From Leucoraja erinacea (Eukaryota), in the NCBI RefSeq assembly GCF_028641065.1, contig NC_073377.1, positions 73,532,001 to 73,596,000 of the forward strand: DNA of 64,000 nucleotides. The letters are read 5' to 3'. Under the pieces are notes generated by a model. The model was not told the origin of the DNA. It saw only the letters and a list, made by a program, of their open reading frames with translations, and searched no databases. Of the stretch, positions 41,427-54,210 are shown one piece after another. Position numbers and translations under genes: made by a program. Numbering within the stretch: the first letter of the stretch is position 1; every line of letters begins with the position of its first letter.

Positions 41427-42641
41427 CGCTCAGAGCCCCCCTCCGCCGCATGTGTGCCGAGGATTTTTCCTGTCGATGAAAATTGACAGAGATATTAATG
41501 TTTTTACAACATTCCCCATTCTCTCTGCTGCCCCTGCTGGAGGGAGAGGGAGGGAATATAAAACCAGGAAGTGGTGTGCCTCAATCAGTCTCTGCAAGTG
41601 GTGTGCCTCAATCAGAGCTTTGAATGACACTGACAAATGTCTACAGCACTGTGAGTACCCTTAATTTGGTTTGAAAATGAAAATATGGGAGAGGGGGGGA
41701 GAGAGGGGGGGGGGGGGAGAGAGGGGGGGGGGACAGGAGGGGGGGGGAACAGGAGGGGGGGGGGGAACAACAGGGGGGGGGGGGTAGAGGAGGGGGGGGG
41801 AAGAGGAGGGGGGGGAAGAGGAGGGGGGGGAAGAGGAGGGGGGGGGGAGGGGGAAGAGGAGGAGGGGGGGGAAGAGGAGGGAGGAGGAGAGGGGGGAGGG
41901 GAGAGAGAGGGGGGGGGGTGGAGAGGGAGGGGGGGGAGGAGAAGGGGGGGGGGGGGAGGAGAAGGAGGGGGGGGGAGAGGAGAAGGGGGGGGGGGGGGAG
42001 AGGAGAAGGGGGGGGGAGAGGAGAAGGAGGGGGGGGGAAGAGGAGAAGGAGGGGGGGGGGGAGAGGAGAAGGAGGGGGGGGGGGAGGAGAAGGAGAAGGA
42101 GGAGGGGGGGGGAGAGGAGAAGGAGGGGGGAGAGGAGAAGGAGGGGGGGGAGGAGGAGAAGGAGAGGGGGGGGGGGGGGGAGAGAGAGTGCATTTTTAAT
42201 TCAACCCAAACAACCATTTGCAGGCAGTGCTTTTTTACCTCTAACCATATTTTCATTTTCAAACCAAATTAAGGGTACTCAACAGTGCTGTAGACATTTG
42301 TCGGTGTCATTCAAAGCTCTGATTGAGGCACACCACACCACTTGCAGAGACTGATTGAGGCACACTACTTGCAGAGACTGATTGAGGCACACCACTTCCT
42401 GGTTTTATATTCCCTCCCTCTCCCTCCAGCGGGGGCAGCAGAGAGAATGGGGAATGTTGTAAAAACATTAATATCTCTGTCAATTTTCATCGACGGGAAA
42501 AATCCTCGGCACACATGCGGCGGAGGGGGGCTCTGAGCGAGGTGACCAAAAATGGCGGCCGTAGGAGGCGGCATACTCTCGGAAACCGCAGCTCAGAAAC
42601 CCGAAACCGGTCAAGAACAGAGTTTTAGTAATATATATAGA
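41427..42641 (-). mobile_element. Non-autonomous foldback element with a Helitron-like 5' terminus
   Basis: inverted arms 41427-41688 and 42245-42539; minus-strand start TCTATATATTACTAAAA at about 42641; no clear 3' hairpin plus CTAG. Confidence 0.55.
41688..42188 (+). repeat. Polypurine (G/A) low-complexity tract
   Basis: about 500 nt of almost pure G/A with units such as AGAGGAGAAGGAGGGGGGG. Confidence 0.95.
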
Positions 42642-42649
42642 TAGATAGA

Positions 42650-42920
42650 TGAATAAAAGATATACAAAAATGTAACAATGATAAAGGAAACAGGCCATTG
42701 TTACCTGTGGCTTAGGTAAGAACGAGTACAGCCAACGGGACTCAATAAGACGACTTTGAAGCTGGCATGACTTGGGTGGGGGAGGGATGGAGAGAGAGGG
42801 AATGCAAGGGTTATGAAGTTAGAGAAATCAACTTTCATACTACTGGGTTGTAAGCTGCCCAAGCAAAATATGAGGTGGCATTCCTCCAATTTACATTTGG
42901 CCTCACTCTGACAATGGCGG
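42650..42920 (-). mobile_element. Penelope-like 3' fragment
   Basis: reverse complement of 10190-10480; LEECHLIFCLGSLQPSSMKVDFSNF. Confidence 0.75.
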
Positions 42921-45900
42921 ACATGGAATACATGCTGACCCTCTAATCACTGAATATTTTCAATACGTTCAGTCATTCCATCCATAATACTCTGGCACTC
43001 TTTGGTTAACAAATTTTAAACTGATTTATGAACTACACCCCAATTTTCCTTGTTCCACTTTCTTCTATAGTTGAATGTGCAATTTTTCCATCAAATGAAA
43101 TACTGTAGCTGGTTGGTGTGTTTGTTCTTGTGTTCTAATGTTCTTGCCCACATTGTTAAAATGTGAGAATGAACCCTCTCTGGCCCTGCAACATCACTAA
43201 CACCCAAACTTCATTTAATATTTTGCTTACATAAATTTTAATGAGTCATCACTGTTGCTTTACTTTTTTTCTTCCTTGGCTGTCAGATATTATATCCTCT
43301 TGCTCAACTATAAAAATGTATGTTTGCCAAGTATTCAATATCTATTTACAGCTCCAATATTAATTTCACTTGCATTTATATGCAATGTGACAAATAAACC
43401 GTATTGTATTGTATTGTAATTCAGTCCCATCATCACTTATCAAGCAGCTGAGATTGCCCTTGACTACCCTAGTATTTATATACGTTTTAAAAAACAAACA
43501 AAATATTTTCATAACATTATTAGTTCTTCTACCAGCTTTATAGCTGGTAGAAGAACTGTCATAGTTTATACTATGATCTTAAATTAAAAAAATCAGTCCC
43601 AACTGAATATAACTCCTAATATCATATCTTGCTTTACCTTAGTGACTGCACATTGCTAGATGTTCCCTAATCCCCACTCCGTCTCCCCGGTCTCTCCCTG
43701 TCCCAACATCATAGCTCCACGATGCAACTTCACCCCAGACCACTACCGACCGACATGTGTCTGGGGTTTCACACCCAAGGCGAGTGAGGTTGCTCCGGGC
43801 AGCGGGCAGCCGCCAGACGGGCCGAGCGACCTCCCGCTGCGGTGGTTCAACCCCCTGATGTCCTCCAGTCTATGTCACCCCCCATCCATCGTCGGTGTAT
43901 TAACGCCGGAGTGTTCCCGACAATCCCCTCCCTCCGCCCCGTTGCTCCCTCCCATCCCGCTGGGGCCTCACCTGCGCCGGTCGAGGGGAACCAAGCAGCA
44001 ACCGTTTCATGTCCGCAGCTGGCGCAGTGACGGGGCCGGCGACACCTCCAGCGACAGCGACGCCTCCAGCGACAGCGCCGCCCCCTGGACCCGTCAGCAC
44101 TGGCGACAGCCTGTGGCTCCTCCAGTCGAAGGCAAAGCTCCGCTCTATGATCTTTGCCTCCAGTGACAGCGCCGCCCTCTGGTGCTGATAATGTCCGCAG
44201 CAAAGATACCAGCAAAGATTATAGAGGAGCTCCTCTAGGATCTTTGGATACCAGTGTCTTTGGTCCGCAGCGGCGGGCAGCAAAGATCCCGCCTCCAGCC
44301 ACAGCTCCATCCTCTGCTGTCTCCAGACACAAAAAAAAAGCCATCGACACACAACAAGTTGCAGGGCGATCAATGCCCTCTGACGCCGGGGGCAGCAACA
44401 GCCGCCAGGAATTTCAGGAGAGGATTAACCGGAAAAGCTCAGGATCCATGGATTGGAAGGTCCACCGAGCCTCAGGAGAAAAGAGCGGTGGTCGAGGAGC
44501 AGCCTCTTCATGTCCGCTGTTGGTGCAGTGACAGGGCAAACACCCAGCGGTGCTCCTAGTATGAGCAGGTGTAGGCTGAAGTCTATGTGCACAGTCTATG
44601 TAGGCACAGAAAACCCAGGAGCTTAACATAGACAGTGGATGGAAGGCTCCGCAACTCACTGACAGTCATTACTTCTTACAATAGTTGTATGGTCTCCACC
44701 CAATCACAGATTTGTGCTCCTATTTTCTTCTCTGCAACCACTGTTCAATTCAGCTTTGCCCCACTGAGAATATTGGACATTGTCCAAGGAACTGGTCCGC
44801 TACAAAGGTGAGAACTATATTCTGCATTCTGTATATTCCCCTTTGCTCTATCTATTATACTCCATCTATGTATGGTATATCCATAGCTTTTCACTGTATG
44901 GTTTAGTTTATTGTCAGTGTACCGAGGTACAGTGAAAAGCTTTCTTGTTGCGTGCTATCCAGTCAGCAGAAATACTATACATGATTGCAATCAAGCCGTC
45001 TACAGTGTACAGATACAGGATAATTGGAATAATGTTTGGTACAAAATAATGGCCTGTAAAGTCCAATTAAAGATAGATCGAGGGTCTCCACTATACCTCA
45101 ATACATATGACAATAATAATAAAACACAACCCAAACCTAGTTATTGGTGAGTAAATATTATTTTATGATGCAGTTGACAGGTCAGCTGAATCTAGAAGAT
45201 GTTTCAAAGTCAAAGTCAATTTTATTTGTCACATACACCTGAAGGTGCAGTGAAATGAATTTGCCAGCAGCGATACACTTAAAAAGAACATACAATACAC
45301 AATAAGATTTAACACAAACATCCACCATAGCAGTCTTCATTTTGGTGGAAGGCACAAAGTTCAGCCAGTCCTCCTCCCTTGTTCACTCGTGGTCGGGGCC
45401 ATGAACGGTCGAAAACACTCCGCGGCTTGGAGTGCAGGCCCGAATCGGCACGTTCCCACTGGAGACTGCGGCTTCAGGATGTCGTAATCCGTAGGCCGGC
45501 AGTCGGAGCTCTTCTCCGGCGATCCCCGGCAAGGGGTCCCAGACTCCGTGATGGAAAGTCCACGCCCCGCCCGTGGTTAGAAGCTCCGCAGACTTCAGGA
45601 TGTCGTAGTCCACGGTCCAGCGATCGGAGCACTCCTCCCTGGTGACCCCTGGCAAGGGTTTGCCCGCTCCACGATAGAAAAAGTCCACACTGTGCCCGTT
45701 GCTGATGCTTCGGGCCCGACACCAGAAAAGGCCGCTCCAATCCAATATGATGCAGAAAGAGGCCATTCACTCCATCATGTTATTACCAGTAAAAAAAAGT
45801 TACCCAACATAATTCAAGAACTAAGTCCATTGCAATGCAGATCACGAGTTTTCAAATACACATCCCAGCTAGAATATTCCAGCCTTTGTAAACCTTTGTA

Positions 45901-46138
45901 CACATAATGTGATGGATTTACCTTTGATCCTCTGTTCTGGTGGGATTTAATCTTGAATCTTGAAGGGAAATACTATAGGGGAAGTGGCGTAGAGTACATA
46001 TTTAAATATGGCCACCACTATAATCAGTTTTATTTGAAAAGTTTCAGACTCGGCAGCATAACATGTGCATTTCCAAGGAAAAATCCTGCAGTGATGTCCC
46101 TTCAAAGATTGGCAAAATTGAATTCCTGCACAACATAC

Positions 46139-46159
46139 CACTGCATTAAGAGGAACCAT
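46139..46159 (-). CDS. LIAS: LIAS probable first coding exon (MVPLNAV); whole exon 46139-46217 includes 5'UTR
   Basis: minus strand: strong acceptor ttttgttttcttctatag, in-frame upstream TGA, ATG GTT CCT CTT AAT GCA GTG|gtatgt in phase 0 with the next exon; joined N-terminus lacks acidic residues, like a mitochondrial presequence. Confidence 0.6.
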
Positions 46160-47039
46160 GCCTCATATTCAGGAATGGTAATAGTCTTCGGCAAGGCAAA
46201 CAAGACAAAGGAATTCCCTATAGAAGAAAACAAAATACTCTGAAGCAGAATGGATGAAATGGATTTGTTGTACTTTTTTTGCACCTTAGGGGTCATTAAT
46301 TTATTGAATTGTGTTTATTATATATTATCCATGTAGATTGTGTTCATGGGTCTGTTATGCTGCTGCAAGCAAATATTGCAATGTTCCCTTGTCAGTACAT
46401 ATGATAATTAAACACTCTTGTTCACAAATCCTTGGAGAAAGTAGAATAAATAATAAACAGAACGATGGAAATGCCCGGTATGTTCAGCACCATCTGTGAA
46501 GAGTAAAATAGTGGGACTTTGCCAAAGTTCTTGTATCAGAGCTCCACAGTGTCTTTGGATAGCAGCAGACTCCGTCCCTGCAGCGCAAGGCACTCAGAAT
46601 TAAAACACAAAGTAACTCAGCGGGTCAGGCAGCATCTCTGGAGAAGATGGTGTTTCGGGTTGGGAGGCTGAAACGTCACCTATCCATGTTCCCCACAGAT
46701 GCTGCAGTGGAGCAGATAAAATGTGTAAAAAGGTTTAATGCTGATTTAAACCGAAGATAGATACAAAAAGTGGAGTAACTCAGTGGGACAGTCAGCATCT
46801 CTGGAGAGAAGGAATGGGTGACGTTTTGGGTCAAGACTGAAGAAGGGTCTAGACCCAAAAGGTCACCCATTCCTTCTCTCCAGAGATGCTGACTGTCCCG
46901 CTGAGTTGCTCCAGCACTTTGTGTCGTTTTTTGCAAACCAGCATATGCAGTTCCTTATTTGTACAAAGTTAAAACAGCACTTTCCCGTGCAGATTTGCAG
47001 CATCTGCAGTGTTTTCGTTTTGGTATTTCAGGTTTAACA

Positions 47040-47360
47040 ATCTGCTGTCCATCTGCCAGTCCGGCGGGATGACGCTGTGCGCGACGACGTCACGATGACG
47101 CGGGACGTGCCCTACAATTGCGGGCGGAAGTGCGCGGAATTCCTTTTCCTCCATCTTGCTCGAGGTGAGGGAGCGGGCGGCGGGGAGGCGGCGGCTGAAT
47201 CCACCTCCATCGGGCGCATCCCGTGGTCTCCGGGCCCGGGACCGCCGCTAATGGAGAGTGTATCGCCTTCCCTTGCGGGGACGGCCGGTAACGCCGCGTT
47301 TGTTTTATCCGATGAAGGGCAATTGTGTGTGTTTAACGGCGGAGCGCTGTAGCCGGTGAT
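47040..47360. promoter_or_regulatory. CpG-rich bidirectional promoter shared by RPL9 (+) and LIAS (-)
   Basis: high CpG density; CRE-like GACGTCA/TGACG 47068-47100, ETS/GABP GCGGAAGTG 47124-47132, TCT/5'TOP CCTTTTCC about 47142, YY1-like CCATCTT 47151-47157. Confidence 0.85.
47142..47164 (+). other. RPL9: RPL9 non-coding exon 1 with 5'TOP tract
   Basis: CCTTTTCCTCCATCTTGCTCGAG|gtgagg; typical ribosomal-protein first exon; exact TSS approximate. Confidence 0.85.
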
Positions 47361-48890
47361 TGGCCTGTCCAGTCCCAGAGTCATGGAGTGATACAGTGTG
47401 GAGACAGGCCCTTCGGCCCAACATGGCCCAGCTACACTAGTCCCACCTGCCTGTGCTTGCCGCATATCCCTCCAAACCTGTCCTATCCATGAGTGCCCGG
47501 GGAAGCCGCGCTGTGCGGGTGTCGCAGGTAACCCGTCCCGGCGGCTGGACTGTTCCCAGCCGGCTGGAAAGGCCTGTGCAATAATATCTCCACTACAAGT
47601 GGTCCCCACAACTTCCTCAGCCACAGTCCTGGCAAAGCTCGCAGACGCCCTCTGTCTTCCCCCCCCCCCCCTCAATGGGGATCTGAACCTTTCAAAAGAT
47701 CCCAGTGACACTGCTCAAATCTGTGTTTAAGGAGACTTGAGATGGGGTATAATGACTTCAAAGATGATGGGTTGATAAAAACGTGCCAGGCAGAACGAAC
47801 TCGTGAAGAGCCCGTCGCAATCACATTTGGTTTTACTAAAAACCCATTGAACCCACATTTTAGTGATAATGTTCAATGGGTAAATACGCTTGCTCTTGCA
47901 CCCTATCAATTTGGAGAAAGGTCCAAACCTGAAATGTCCATTCCCTCCAAAGATGCTGCCTGTTACTGCAATATTTTTTTTCATACGATTGTTGGTGATT
48001 AGCTCTGAGGTTGCCAAGGTTCTCAGTGCGAAGACGTGACAATGAAATTTGGGTTAATCTTCCAGATGTTGAAGTGCTGGATTTTGTGCCGCTTTTCAGT
48101 TCTGACATTAAAACTAACGTCTGACTGCCATCTTGGGTGGATATAAAATATTCTGTGGGACTATTTTGAAGAACAGCTTTTGAGTATCTTGGGCAATATT
48201 TATTGTATGATATATTAAAACAGGTTATGTAGATGTCAATTCATTTTTATTTGGGACCATGATGTATGTAAAATAGCTATATAAACTTTTCCCATACTAA
48301 AACTGTTATGCTACTTAATTTTAATTAAATGTTGCCAGCTCTGATGTTTGAGAATATGAAGTATTAAATATCAGTGGAAGTCTTGGTTTAACATTTCATC
48401 TAAATAATGGTCATTTTTAATAATGCAGCACACTAATTTAGGAGCAGGATTTGGCCATTTGACTCCTTGATCTTTGCCTCTTGTATCTTAACTAGTCAAT
48501 CTTCTTTAAACCTTCCCCTCAACCTGCCACTATAGATTCTCACTGAAGAGAAAACATTATTTCCACATCCACCTGTCAAGACCCTTAAGAAGATAGATAT
48601 GAAGTACTGGAATAAATCATCAGGTCAGGCAGCATCTGGAAAAAAAGGATGTGTGGCTTTTCAGGTTGAAAGGAAGGCTTTTCAGGAAGAACCATTCTTC
48701 AGGCTCCTTCAGAATCTCATTTTAATCTATTTATCTACTTTCTCTCCCTTCTTGAATCCAGAACATTCAATTCATATTAAAAGAGTTGTGACGTGTACGT
48801 TTTTTCATTCTGCTTTTTTGAGGCCCTTTTTTGAGTTTACTATTTTGGTTGCTTTTCATACCTTAATCCAAGCTTTCTTGTTTTTTCAGA

Positions 48891-48936
48891 ATGAAGACCA
48901 TTCTCAGCAGCCAGATTGTTGATATTCCTGAGAATG
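48891..48936 (+). CDS. RPL9: 60S ribosomal protein L9 (uL6), exon 2
   Basis: ttttttcag|A ATG; MKTILSSQIVDIPEN; G|gtacag. Confidence 0.97.
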
Positions 48937-49027
48937 GTACAGTTACTTTAATTTAACCTTCCTTTACAAAAGATTTATATAATTGCAGATTCTTCTTTGA
49001 AAATAATTGGCATTATCTTGGTTACAG

Positions 49028-49143
49028 TCACTGTTACCTTGAAAGGCCGCACTGTCATTGTAAAAGGGCCCAGAGGAACATTGCGAAGGGAATTTAATCA
49101 CATCAACTTGGAGCTCAGCCTCCTTGGTACCAAGAAGAAGAAG
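49028..49143 (+). CDS. RPL9: RPL9 exon 3
   Basis: [39 protein letters not shown]|gtaaga. Confidence 0.97.
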
Positions 49144-49324
49144 GTAAGAAGCATCTTTCCTCGAAATATTTTAATGGAAGCATTGATAAGAATATATCAA
49201 TCAGGAGTAAATCTACATGACATGAGCAGCGCTTTAAATGTAGATACAAGGAACAGCAGAGGCTGGTTTACCAGAAACGAGAGAATGTTGGAGTAACTCG
49301 CCGGGTCAGGCAGCACCTCAGGAG

Positions 49325-50262
49325 AATAGACAATAGGTGCAGGAGTAGGTCATTCGGCCCTTCCAGCCAGCACTGCCGTTCAATGTGATCATGGATGATC
49401 ATCCCCAATCAGTACCCCGTTCCTGCCTTCTCCCCATATCCCCCGATTCCACTATTTTTAAGAGCCCTATCTAACTCTCTCTTTAAAGCATCCAGAGAAT
49501 CTGCCTCCACCACCCTCTGAGGCAGAGAATTCCACAGACTCGCCACTCTCTGTGAGAAAAAGTGTTTCCTCTTCTCTGTTCTAAACTCCTTATTCTTAAA
49601 CTGTGGTCCCTGGTTCTGGACTCCCCGAACATCGGGAACATGTTTCCTGCCTCTAGCGTGTCCAAGCCCTTAACAATCATATGTTTATCCTTCTAAACTT
49701 CAGAGTGTACAAGCCCAGCTGCTCCATTCTCTCAGCATATGACAGTCCCGCCATCCAGGGAATTAACCTTGTAAACCTACACTGCACTCAATAGCAAGAA
49801 TGTCCTTCCTCAAATTAGGGGACCAAAACTGCACACAATACTCTAGGTGTGGTCTCACTAAGGCTCTGCACAACTGCAGAAGGACCTCTTTGCTCCTATG
49901 TTCGATTCCTCTTGTTATAAAGGCCAACATGCCATTCGCTTTCTTCACTGCCTGCTGTACCTGCATGCCTACTTTCATAGACTGATGTACAAGGACCCCC
50001 AGATCCTCTTGTACTTCCCCTTTTCCAAACTTGATGCCATTTAGATAGTAATCTGCCTTCCTGTTTTTGCTACCAAAGTGGATAACCTCACATTTATTCG
50101 CATTAAACTTCATCTGCCATGCATCTGCCCATTCCCCAATCTGTCCACGTCACCCTGTATTCTCATAGCATCCTCCTCACAGATCACACTGCCACCCAGC
50201 TTTGTGTCATCTGCAAATTTGCTCATGTTACTTTGAATCCCTTCATCCAAATCATTGATGTA
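49325..50262 (-). mobile_element. CR1 LINE 3' fragment in RPL9 intron 3
   Basis: KFNANKCEVIHFG...[13 protein letters not shown] on the minus strand; (CTATTGT) tail. Confidence 0.9.
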
Positions 50263-52159
50263 TGGCAAAAGTAAGCAAAATTAGAGAACATGGACAGGCG
50301 ATGTTTCGAGTTGGTACGTCACCTATCCATGTTCTCCAGAAATGCTGCCTGAGCTGCTGAACTACTCCAACACTTTGTGCCTTTTTTTAGCACTTTGTTA
50401 ATTTTGCTTTGGGATTATCCTGTTTCATTGCATAAATCAGGGTTTGAGCATATAATCTTCAAAGACATTCAGTGCTTATTGGTTTTGGGGACTCAAAACC
50501 AGATAATTTTGGGGACTCAAAACCAGACAATATTAAATACTTGCTCATGTTGTATTCTATACACAGATTTGTACATTGAAGGGCATCATAGATAGTGTAG
50601 TCTTTTATCCAGGGCAGTTGATTGAAATATTAATATGACATTTATATGTAAATATAACTTAAAGAATGCATACAGATTTGGTGATGCAAACTGTATTAAA
50701 AGGATACCGATGAGGCTGGAAATGGATTTTGAGTTTTTAATGGGATATCAGTATGAAACTGAAGTGCAGTTGAGGCGGAAGTGGTAAAAAATATCATACA
50801 GACTCGTTGGAGCTTGGTATTGTGGACAAGGGCAATTATCCAGGCTTTCTCTAGCTGTTTATTTTTAAATGGAAACATCCAAAGCTTGTACTTTCAATTC
50901 AATAGATATTTGGGTGGCGGATAAAAGTAGTGCTGGTCTGACAGCAACTGAAAGATTGTTTAATTAGAGTAGATTGAATGAACCTTTTGTTTCCTTTTGG
51001 ATCTGATATATCCGAGAACATTGTGAGGAAACTAGGGAGAAAGTTACAGGAGCCCCTAGTTGAAATTTACGAGTCATCTTTAAATACAGGAGAGGTGCCG
51101 GAAAATTGGAGGGTGGCAAATGTGCCTCTATTCAACAAAGGCTGCTGGGAACTGTAGGCCAGTGAGTTTAACATCAGTAGTTGGAAAGTTACTAGAGAGT
51201 ATTCTGAGGGATAGTATATACAGGGATTTGGATGGACATGTGCTGATTAGTGATAGTCAGCATGGTTTTGTACGTGGATGGTCATGTCTCACAAATCTGA
51301 TTAAGTATTTTTAAGACGTGACCAAAAAGGTAGATGAGGGCAGAGCTGTACATGGATTTCAGGAAGGCATTTGACAAGGTTCCGTATGGTAGGAATCTAT
51401 CGTTTCCTCTTAACCCCATTCTCCTGCCTTCTCCCCATAACCCCTGATACCCGTACTAATCAGGAATCTATCTCTACCTTAAAACTATCCGCTGACTTGG
51501 CCTCCACAGCCTTCTGTGGCAAAGAATTCCATAGATTCACCGCCCTCCGACTAAAGAAAATTCTTCTAATCTCCTTCCTAAAAGACCATCCTTTTAACTC
51601 TGAGACCATGACCTCTTGTCCTAGACTCTCCCATTAGTGGAAACATCCTCTCCACATCCAAGCCTTTCACTATTCTGTATGTTTCAATGAGGTCCCCCCT
51701 TATTATTCTAAACTCCAGCGAGTACAGGTCCAGTGTTGCCAAACGCTCATCATAGGTTAACCTACTTCCTGGGATCATTCTTGTAAACCACCTCAGTCTC
51801 CCTATCTTTTTAAATAACAATGTTTTAATCTGCAGTTGAATCATTGGGAATATGTGACGTTTCGGGTCGAGACCCTTCTTCAGACCCGAAACGTCGCCCA
51901 TTCCTTCTCTCCAGAGATGCTGCCTCAGCCGCTGAGTTACTCCAGCATTTTGTGTCTACCTTCGATTTAAACTAGCATCTGCAGTTCTTTCTTACACAAA
52001 GAAAGACTATACATGATTACAATCAAGCCATCCACAGTATACAGATAAAGGGTTCAACATTTAGTGCAAGATAAAGTCTAAAGATAGTTGGACAGTCTAC
52101 AATAAGGTAGATGGAAGGTCTACTCTAGCTGAAGAGAGGACAGTTCGGTTGCCTGAAGT

Positions 52160-52950
52160 AACCAAACTACTACCTCAATAAGAACCTCTGCCCACTATAG
52201 TTCGCCTATCATCACAATAGGTCCACGGAGGAAGCGATCTCACAGGCTCTCCACTCTGCACTGGACCACTTAGACAAAAACACATACGTCAGGCTGTTGT
52301 TTATAGACTACAGCTCGGCATTCAATACCGTCATCCCCTCCAAGCTGGTTACGAAACTCACGGAACTGGATCAGTGCGCGTCCCTCTGCAATTTGATCCT
52401 CGACTTCCTCATCCACAGACCACAGTCTGTTCGAATTGGCAGAAACACTTCATCCTCAGTGATAATCAGTACGGGAGCACCTCAAGGCTGCGTGCTCAGC
52501 CCCCTGCTCTACTCACTCTACTCATGACTGTGTCACCACCGTTGTAGGACGAATTACAGATGGTGATGAGTCAGAGTATAAAAGTGAGATCGACCAACTG
52601 ACCATATGGTGCCAGCACAACAACCTGGCTCTCAATATCGGCAAAACCAAGGAACTGATTTAATCCTGTTTACATCAATGGGACGATGTTGGAGAGTCAA
52701 TAACTTCAAATTTCTGGGCGCGCATATTTCTGACGATCTTTCCTAGACCCAGCCCACAGATGCAATCATAAAGAAAGCACATCAGCGCTTCTACTTTCTG
52801 AGAAGATTCGGTATGTCAAAGAGGATTCTCTTGAACTTCTACAGGTGCACAGTAGAGAGCATACAGATTTGTTGCATTGTGGCCTGGAACTTGAACGTCC
52901 AGGAGCAGAAAAGACTGCAAAAATTTGTGAACACTGTCCAAGCAATGACC
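52160..52950 (+). mobile_element. Rex1/Babar-like LINE RT fragment
   Basis: [44 protein letters not shown]. Confidence 0.82.
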
Positions 52951-53261
52951 CTGTAATCTTCCATTTGCCAAATTATATCAGGGCTGAAAACTTCCAGTTT
53001 ATGTGATGTCTTCTGAGTTTTTATGTATTCTGTAAAACTGTAACCTTTTACTGCCAATTCTGCAGTATTGGAATTTGAGTATTCAGAATATCAATCTTAA
53101 CGTATATTGATTTCAATATTGCATGTTGCCGAAGCATTTGTTTTCAGTATTTCTGTGAAACATTTAGCTAGAATGTATGTTTCTGTGGTGCGTTTTTTTT
53201 AATCTGGGTAGGCTGAAAATCAATAAAATCTGATGTATTTACTACGCCATAAGTAACGTGA

Positions 53262-53426
<165 letters not shown>

Positions 53427-53900
53427 TAGTGTGTGGTTAATTATGCACTGAGTTTTCTTCTTTACCCAAATTGTACCCACCACTGATGGAAATGGCTTTT
53501 TTCTACCTTCATTTGTTAGGCACAATTACTAATATCAGTGCAACCACTGTGTGCTTTCAACAATGAAAGCACACAATGATGATTGGAAATTAGCATAGCT
53601 AATTTGTATGGATAAATCGGTTTAAAAGTTCTGATGATGGAAACTTATTCCCCTCAATGTTTCTTACTCTAATTGTGCTGGTCTCCTTCAAAAAATTCAG
53701 AAATCATCTCACCAAATATTTCATATGGGATAATATAATTATGTTGAATAGTCATTGCTTGATTAATAATTCATTAACGTTAACTTTAGATATACATTTT
53801 TTGTTCAGCTTGTCCAATTCAAGCCATTTCATTTTATTGTTTGTTTGAAATTTCAACAAAAAAAAATGCATTTAACTTTTATCCAATTTTCCATAATTAG

Positions 53901-54033
53901 GGTTTCCGTTACAAGATGAGATCTGTCTATGCTCATTTCCCTATCAATGTGGTTGTTCAAGAGACGGGATCACTGGTAGAGATCCGAAACTTCTTGGGAG
54001 AGAAGTTTATTCGCAGAGTCCGTATGAAGTCCG
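53901..54033 (+). CDS. RPL9: RPL9 exon 5
   Basis: [45 protein letters not shown]|gtgagt. Confidence 0.97.
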
Positions 54034-54099
54034 GTGAGTGCAAGAGCATTTTAAATCACTGTAAATATGTTTAAGAGGATCGAGCTTCATTGCAGCTGA

Positions 54100-54210
<111 letters not shown>

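Noticed and set aside
41612-42272. Pro-rich and Gly/Glu-rich ORFs (216 aa, 195 aa)
   Set aside because: Translation of a G/A low-complexity tract that cannot contain stops; no splice or homology support
42318-42400. 27-bp repeats resembling a CRISPR array
   Set aside because: Contiguous tandem units without unique spacers, inside a vertebrate transposon; no cas genes
45920-45960. Alternative LIAS first coding exon ending at the minus-strand donor CAAAG|gtaaat
   Set aside because: No ATG, and an in-frame TAG upstream in the phase needed for the next exon
47077-47730. ORFs of 91-199 aa across the promoter and RPL9 intron 1
   Set aside because: Expected chance ORFs in GC-rich DNA, partly made of a CR1 3' fragment; no recognisable protein
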